In this document: positions 59,691 to 64,000 of the stretch, piece after piece | Layout of the letters: every line of letters starts with the position of its first letter | Position numbering within the stretch: the first letter of the stretch is position 1 | Source of the DNA: Parcubacteria bacterium C7867-004 | Lineage (GTDB): Bacteria > Patescibacteriota > Minisyncoccia > Phycocordibacterales > Phycocordibacteraceae | Length of the DNA: 64,000 nucleotides | Direction of reading: 5' to 3' | NCBI GenBank assembly: GCA_001189075.1 | Contig: LFCN01000006.1 | Coordinates: 169,384-233,383, forward strand | Translations under genes and position numbers: made by a program | The notes under the pieces: generated by a model | What the model was told of the DNA's origin: nothing | The model's input: the letters and a program-made list of their open reading frames with translations, nothing else | The model's database searches: none

Positions 59691-60119
59691 ATGGAAGTGA
59701 TGATCAATTACTGGGCGGTGCTCCTTTCGGCTATCGTCTGCGTTATACTCGGCGCCTTCTGGTACGGCCCGTTGTTCGGGAAGCAATGGATGCGCCTCAT
59801 CGATATCAAGATGCCTGATGTCATCACGCCGACCATCAAGAAGGAGATGTACAAGAGCTATGCGATAACCGCGCTCAGCAGCATCGCGATGACATTTGTG
59901 CTCGCGAATATCCTCTACTTCATGAGCTCCGTAACGCGCATCGGTGGAGTCCAGGCCGGACTTTCTGCAGCGATCTGGACATGGGTCGGCTTTATTGTTC
60001 CTGCGACCCTCATCTCCGTTACCTGGGAAGGAAAGCCGTGGAAGTACTGGTTCATCATTGCCGGCTACTACCTCGTGGCACTCTCGATCTCGGGAGTCAT
60101 CCTCGCGACTTGGCAGTAG
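59691..60119 (+). CDS. DUF1761-like small membrane protein
   Basis: 142 aa with four TM helices (…WYGPLFGKQWM…). Confidence 0.45.
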   Translation: MEVMINYWAVLLSAIVCVILGAFWYGPLFGKQWMRLIDIKMPDVITPTIKKEMYKSYAITALSSIAMTFVLANILYFMSSVTRIGGVQAGLSAAIWTWVGFIVPATLISVTWEGKPWKYWFIIAGYYLVALSISGVILATWQ

Positions 60120-60130
60120 AACTGAACTCA

Positions 60131-60165
60131 ATAATAGGGCCGCGCCAGCAAACGGCGCGGCCCTT
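60131..60165 (+). terminator. Rho-independent terminator
   Basis: gggccgcgcc-agcaaac-ggcgcggccc-ttttgcg. Confidence 0.55.
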
Positions 60166-60232
60166 TTGCGTTGCAATAAGGCCGATTTTCGAGTATCTTC
60201 TTCGAAGCAGGCCGATTTATCGGCCTCGCTAT

Positions 60233-60303
60233 TGCGGGATCGTCTAATGGTAGGACTACGGTTTCTGGTACCGTGTATCTAGGTTCGAGTCCTAGTCCCG
60301 CAG
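60233..60303 (+). tRNA. tRNA-Gln (CTG), U1:A72, no encoded CCA
   Basis: TGCGGGA TC GTCT AATGGTA GGAC T ACGGT TTCTGGT ACCGT GTAT CTAGG TTCGAGT CCTAG TCCCGCA G. Confidence 0.8.
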
Positions 60304-60325
60304 CTCGATATTTGTGTGTCATAAT
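60295..60325 (+). repeat. Repeat copy A: genuine tRNA-Gln 3' end plus promoter box (tgtgtgtcataat)
   Basis: gtcccgcagctcgatatttgtgtgtcataat. Confidence 0.5.
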
Positions 60326-60331
60326 TTGGAC

Positions 60332-60649
60332 ATGTATAACCCTGACGAAGGATCGGTGGAGGACTATCGTAAGAAAAGAGTCAAAGAATATTCAGAAGCC
60401 TTTGATAAGGTCAGCATGGTTCTGTTCGAACACGATCCAATTGGCTTAAATTTTGATGACAATGTTGATGAATATGAACTAGAAGCGGGAATGGTAATGA
60501 ATCGATTCCCAAAGGCTAATAATATAGACGAACTAGCGACAATCATTTTTGAGGTTTTTGTAGAATGCTTTGACAAGGAATTGGCTACTAGAAAGCGTGA
60601 GGTATATCAGCAAATAGCGAAGGAGGTCTGGGAAATTATAAAGACATAG
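60332..60649 (+). CDS. Hypothetical acidic small protein
   Basis: MYNPDEGSVEDYRKKRVKEY… The start is moved to ATG 60332 because the track start overlaps the promoter box. Confidence 0.35.
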   Translation: MYNPDEGSVEDYRKKRVKEYSEAFDKVSMVLFEHDPIGLNFDDNVDEYELEAGMVMNRFPKANNIDELATIIFEVFVECFDKELATRKREVYQQIAKEVWEIIKT

Positions 60650-60653
60650 CGAT

Positions 60654-61157
60654 ATGAAAAGGAAGAATCAAATTTTGCTCGCTGGATCTATCTTGCTACT
60701 TAGTCTAATTGCCTGCGGAGGCTTTTGGTACATGCAGAATATGTGTTTGGTTGACTGCGACAGCGAATCATCTACAGTCTCCGAAACCGACAAGGATCTA
60801 CTTCTAAAGGCGATTCGTGATTCATACGTACTACATGTTCGAACTGCGATAGACAACTACAAAGATGGAAATGAAGAAGGGTATTCTGATGTGGATTTTT
60901 CACCCTACACTGATTACCTCAAGAGTAAGTTTGTTCTGATGGAAATCGATAATAATGCCATCGGAGGCGGTAAGACAATGCTCATAGCATTTACGGATAA
61001 ACCAGATGTTTTCTTCTATGTGTGGGTCTATGATGAAGGTGATGGGTCTTTGGATCTGCGTACTTTCAAGCCATATGAAGAAATATCAGTTGATCAAGCA
61101 AGGCAGATATACCAGTCGTCAGAACCAATGATCACAGAGCTAGGTCTGGCAATTTAG
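60654..61157 (+). CDS. Putative lipoprotein
   Basis: Signal peptide with a lipobox-like LSLIACGG. Confidence 0.4.
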   Translation: MKRKNQILLAGSILLLSLIACGGFWYMQNMCLVDCDSESSTVSETDKDLLLKAIRDSYVLHVRTAIDNYKDGNEEGYSDVDFSPYTDYLKSKFVLMEIDNNAIGGGKTMLIAFTDKPDVFFYVWVYDEGDGSLDLRTFKPYEEISVDQARQIYQSSEPMITELGLAI

Positions 61158-61162
61158 AAAAG

Positions 61163-61209
61163 TTCCCACGCCGTACCAGACACGCAGCCCGACATTTTTG
61201 TGGCATAAT
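61163..61209 (+). repeat. Repeat copy B (degenerate tRNA-3'-end-like plus tgtggcataat box)
   Basis: ttcccacgccgtaccagacacgcagcccgacatttttgtggcataat. Confidence 0.45.
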
Positions 61210-61215
61210 CTCATT

Positions 61216-61611
61216 GTGAGTTACTCATACGATAAAGAATTCAAAAGACGCCTATGGGTGGGAGGCTCGATAGCTATTCTAGGAATGATAGGTTTCTTTA
61301 CGTTGATGTCTGTCTTAAATTTATTTGGTTCAAAAATTGAGTACACAGTGCCATATCTTTTGAGATCTCTAGTAGCTTTCTTACCGCTGGTAATAGGTTT
61401 AGCCGGGGCGGGATATATTTATGGAGGGTTGAGGGCTGCATATTGGTGGTTTGCAAATTGGAGCATGCTTTTATTAACTGCCAATTTAATCGGCTATCTC
61501 GCTAAGGACGTCCCTCAAGATATACGCAATACATTTCCACTAATTTTCTTCGTAGCACTAATTATCGGGATCCGCCTTTGGAATAAATGGGTGGAAAGTA
61601 AGAGCCGCTAG
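61216..61611 (+). CDS. Small polytopic membrane protein
   Basis: Three TM helices. The start is uncertain (GTG 61216; the track has a TTG at 61198 inside the promoter box). Confidence 0.3.
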   Translation: MSYSYDKEFKRRLWVGGSIAILGMIGFFTLMSVLNLFGSKIEYTVPYLLRSLVAFLPLVIGLAGAGYIYGGLRAAYWWFANWSMLLLTANLIGYLAKDVPQDIRNTFPLIFFVALIIGIRLWNKWVESKSR

Positions 61612-61622
61612 GGTTTAGATTT

Positions 61623-61670
61623 GTTCGAATATCGTCCCAGACGGCCAGCTCGCTATTTTCGTGTCATAAT
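61623..61670 (+). repeat. Repeat copy C
   Basis: gttcgaatatcgtcccagacggccagctcgctattttcgtgtcataat. Compare the tRNA-Gln 3' end GGTTCGAGTCCTAGTCCCGCAGCTCG. Confidence 0.5.
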
Positions 61671-61677
61671 CAGGTTT

Positions 61678-61854
61678 ATGAACGACGAACAAAAAATGGA
61701 TGATGAGAAGGGGAACTGTAAGCGTTGCGGACATCCCTTTGACCCACACCAAATATTTGCTGACCCAAATGATCTGGGTAAGGGCGGTGTGATGAAGTGT
61801 CCGGTTGAGGGCTGTGAGTGTGTCAGCGACATTAGTTTGCCTCATAAAAGTTAG
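61678..61854 (+). CDS. Small zinc-ribbon protein
   Basis: CKRCGH…(about 24 aa)…CPVEGCEC, a four-Cys ribbon. 58 aa. Confidence 0.35.
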   Translation: MNDEQKMDDEKGNCKRCGHPFDPHQIFADPNDLGKGGVMKCPVEGCECVSDISLPHKS

Positions 61855-61897
61855 AATAGCGTCCCAGACAGCCAGATCGTTATTTTCGTGTCATGAT
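61850..61897 (+). repeat. Repeat copy D
   Basis: gttagaatagcgtcccagacagccagatcgttattttcgtgtcatgat. Confidence 0.5.
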
Positions 61898-61905
61898 TCT
61901 TCCAC

Positions 61906-62145
61906 ATGCAGAATGATACGCAGCTAAAGTTTAAAGAGATTCAAAAGATTCTTTCTGAAGAGTGGGATGCAGTTCCTGACGCACCTACTGATGAATACGA
62001 TAGCCACATACATCGAATCATCTCAATGTATGCCGATGGAAACCTCGACACGACAAGGCTCACATCTTATCTGGATTCTTTATTCGGTATTCAGGAAAAT
62101 ACCAAGGAGATTTCAGAGAAGCTGTTAAGTATTCTCTCTGTTTAA
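61906..62145 (+). CDS. Small hypothetical protein
   Basis: 79 aa, acidic and soluble. Probably co-transcribed with the next ORF, 6 nt downstream. Confidence 0.3.
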   Translation: MQNDTQLKFKEIQKILSEEWDAVPDAPTDEYDSHIHRIISMYADGNLDTTRLTSYLDSLFGIQENTKEISEKLLSILSV

Positions 62146-62151
62146 ACTTAT

Positions 62152-62649
62152 ATGGAGTTATTCCTACCGACGCTAGCAAATAATAGGACTTGGCGCAGAT
62201 ACTCCAAGACCATCGTCATAACAGGGGTAGTATTCTGGATCCTACGTATCACCCTTCAGTTTGGTTTTACAAATCCTCTTGCGGATGCGGTACTTGGCTT
62301 TTTTGCGCTGCTACTCATTCCCGCCATCTTTATAGTATTTCCGTACCGAGCTTTACATATTGTATTTAGAATATTAATTGCGCTTTTTCTTTTCGCGTTA
62401 ACGCTCATTTCGCTTTTGTTCTTACTCTTTCAGTCCTGGACCCTGAGAGATACTTTTAATCGGGGAGAGAATCCCTGGCAGCAGACACAGGATGTTTATG
62501 ACGAAAATCCCTTTCTAAGAGAAGTTGTTTATGTTGGAGATTGTGGCGCAACCTGCGCATCTAATACGTATGGCGTAAAGGAATTGATGCTCATTCCGTA
62601 CGTCTTGAAATTCAGAATTCCTGGAACCTTTGTTGACCTCCCGCACTAA
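62152..62649 (+). CDS. Polytopic small membrane protein
   Basis: Three or four TM helices and a C-terminal Cys-containing soluble part. Confidence 0.35.
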   Translation: MELFLPTLANNRTWRRYSKTIVITGVVFWILRITLQFGFTNPLADAVLGFFALLLIPAIFIVFPYRALHIVFRILIALFLFALTLISLLFLLFQSWTLRDTFNRGENPWQQTQDVYDENPFLREVVYVGDCGATCASNTYGVKELMLIPYVLKFRIPGTFVDLPH

Positions 62650-62663
62650 GATTTGAGATAAGC

Positions 62664-62704
62664 GGTTCTACTAATATCCCCAGACACCCAGCTCGAGATA
62701 TAAT
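62664..62704 (+). repeat. Repeat copy E
   Basis: ggttctactaatatccccagacacccagctcgagatataat. Confidence 0.45.
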
Positions 62705-62710
62705 TAAGAG

Positions 62711-62905
62711 ATGAAAGGTAGCTCCTTAATATTGCTGGGCTTGCTGCTGCTAGTTCCTATTTTCTTTAATCTATCAGGAAGATTTGAGAGCTCTTGGGAC
62801 TGGTCGAATTTCGATTCGATCGGATACAACCTATCAACTTTAATAGGCATATTTGGTGGAGGGTTATTAATTTGTTACGGATTCAAGGAGCGAAAGATAA
62901 AATAA
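62711..62905 (+). CDS. Small two-TM membrane protein
   Basis: 64 aa, hydrophobic. Confidence 0.3.
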   Translation: MKGSSLILLGLLLLVPIFFNLSGRFESSWDWSNFDSIGYNLSTLIGIFGGGLLICYGFKERKIK

Positions 62906-62906
62906 A

Positions 62907-62953
62907 GGTTCGAAAGTCGTACTAAACTCCCAGCTTGTACGGTGTGCCATAAT
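62907..62953 (+). repeat. Repeat copy F
   Basis: ggttcgaaagtcgtactaaactcccagcttgtacggtgtgccataat. Confidence 0.45.
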
Positions 62954-62959
62954 TTCTAA

Positions 62960-63298
62960 ATGACTGACCAGAAACTGGATGGTAAGTGGTCGCGAGCTGA
63001 GCAAGATGAAAGGCATCGGCTGATCGAGGTCTTTTATTTGTGTATTGCTTTCATTGTCGCGCAAGCAGTCACATATCTTGTGACAGGCCATTTACTCATC
63101 TGCGGCTCATATGAGTCTTGCAACGAAAGCAGCGCAAAAGACTTCATCCTAATAGGGGAAATATTATTGATAATCATAGCTTTCTTAAGCCCTAGAGTAT
63201 GGCGTTTTGTCCGGTGGTATCCGCGTACATGGGGATCATGGACAGCAATAGCGCTTTTCTTTGTGGGTGTCGCATTTCTTACACTTTCTTTTTTATAA
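62960..63298 (+). CDS. Small membrane protein
   Basis: 112 aa with three TM helices. Confidence 0.3.
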   Translation: MTDQKLDGKWSRAEQDERHRLIEVFYLCIAFIVAQAVTYLVTGHLLICGSYESCNESSAKDFILIGEILLIIIAFLSPRVWRFVRWYPRTWGSWTAIALFFVGVAFLTLSFL

Positions 63299-63303
63299 TA
63301 GTA

Positions 63304-63334
63304 CCTGACATCCGCCAGTGGCTCGTGTCATAAT
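63304..63334 (+). repeat. Repeat copy G (short)
   Basis: cctgacatccgccagtggctcgtgtcataat. Confidence 0.4.
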
Positions 63335-63340
63335 TTCTTT

Positions 63341-63913
63341 GTGGAACCACAAACAAAAATTACGGTTGAATCGAACTGGTATGGTGTCTTTATTGTTTTA
63401 CTATTCCCCATTGTAGGAATTTTCGCCTGGGGTACCCATGAGACGACACTAATAGATATCATTATTATATTAGGTATATACGCTCTACTTTTTTTAGTAA
63501 CTTTAGCCTCAAAAGTATTTACGTATATTGAAATTTATCCAAACCACACTATTACAAATCGTCGCGAGTTTAAAATAAAGTCCTTTGATGTTTTAGATGT
63601 GGTGTATGTGGGGAGGATTTTTTTGAGTAGGGCAATGTTCGTTTTCATCTTCTTTAAAGGCAAGAACGGATTGATAGATTACACAGCTATCTGTGAAGGA
63701 AGCTATACCAACAAAGCTTTACTCTCTGTTTTTACTGAATTAAGAAAGTTTAATAAAGATTTAGAAATAAATGAGGAATACGAACTTTTTTTGAAGGATA
63801 GTTATCTCGATAGAGGCATAAAGAATTTAGACATATATAGAGAAGTAAAAAAGAAGCTTGAGAAAGAGGGCTATGGCCTTGTTCATTCAAACCTGATGAG
63901 TGAGCTATTTTAA
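63341..63913 (+). CDS. Small membrane protein
   Basis: GTG start, two N-terminal TM helices and a Lys-rich C-terminus. Very AT-rich. Confidence 0.3.
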   Translation: MEPQTKITVESNWYGVFIVLLFPIVGIFAWGTHETTLIDIIIILGIYALLFLVTLASKVFTYIEIYPNHTITNRREFKIKSFDVLDVVYVGRIFLSRAMFVFIFFKGKNGLIDYTAICEGSYTNKALLSVFTELRKFNKDLEINEEYELFLKDSYLDRGIKNLDIYREVKKKLEKEGYGLVHSNLMSELF

Positions 63914-64000
63914 AGAATACGTTGTTAAATAGGTCCAAAATCATTTTCGGAAGTAAGAAGTATTTGAATTAATATTTATACAAAACTTCCAGTTCCTTTG

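Larger units (their letters stand above)
60295..64000 (+). mobile_element. Low-GC islet attached to the tRNA-Gln 3' end: array of small membrane/lipoprotein genes, each preceded by a degenerate tRNA-3'-end repeat plus promoter box (extends past the window end)
   Basis: GC drops from about 60% to about 40% exactly at the tRNA-Gln 3' end. Seven copies of the (g)gttcga…cccagac.gccagctcg-tattttcgtgtcataat element occur. No integrase is present within the window. Confidence 0.35.

Overview
This is a high-GC (about 60%) bacterial chromosome segment. It carries compact housekeeping genes: malic enzyme, a NUDIX hydrolase, endonuclease V, ligA, gatC-gatA, glmS, prfB, ftsE-ftsX, pyrG and metK with a SAM-I riboswitch. 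It also carries seven tRNAs, most without an encoded CCA. A complete type IV pilus/competence locus occupies 7.2-20.7 kb: comFC, pilM, pilN, pilO, pilB, a CheY-like regulator, pilT, pilC, three tandem pilin genes (one disrupted), pilD and four minor pilins. No secretin gene is present, which suggests a monoderm cell. Many predicted proteins are giant Thr/Ser/Gly/Ala-rich surface proteins. Several islets of clearly lower GC interrupt the backbone: 25.1-26.0 kb beside tRNA-fMet, 38.3-41.2 kb (a histidine kinase and OmpR-type regulator), 42.0-42.7 kb (an HTH/LAGLIDADG-like gene fused onto a degenerate tRNA), and 60.3-64.0 kb downstream of tRNA-Gln. The gene content resembles a reduced-genome bacterium such as CPR/Patescibacteria, but this cannot be confirmed from sequence alone. 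The strongest candidates for new biology are: (1) a tatC-tatA-linked locus encoding a 1413-aa tandem-repeat surface protein with a C-terminal dockerin-like module followed by two membrane-anchored cohesin-like proteins; (2) an upstream cluster of repeat proteins of unknown function lying between tRNA-fMet and tatC; (3) a membrane-anchored HEPN-motif protein; (4) a tRNA-Gln-attached low-GC array of small membrane-protein genes, each preceded by a degenerate copy of the tRNA 3' end plus a conserved promoter-like box; (5) a pilin cassette with identical 62-nt N-terminal blocks and one interrupted copy; and (6) a minor pilin fused to a poly-glycine domain. All functional calls are by eye from motifs. 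No database searches were run.
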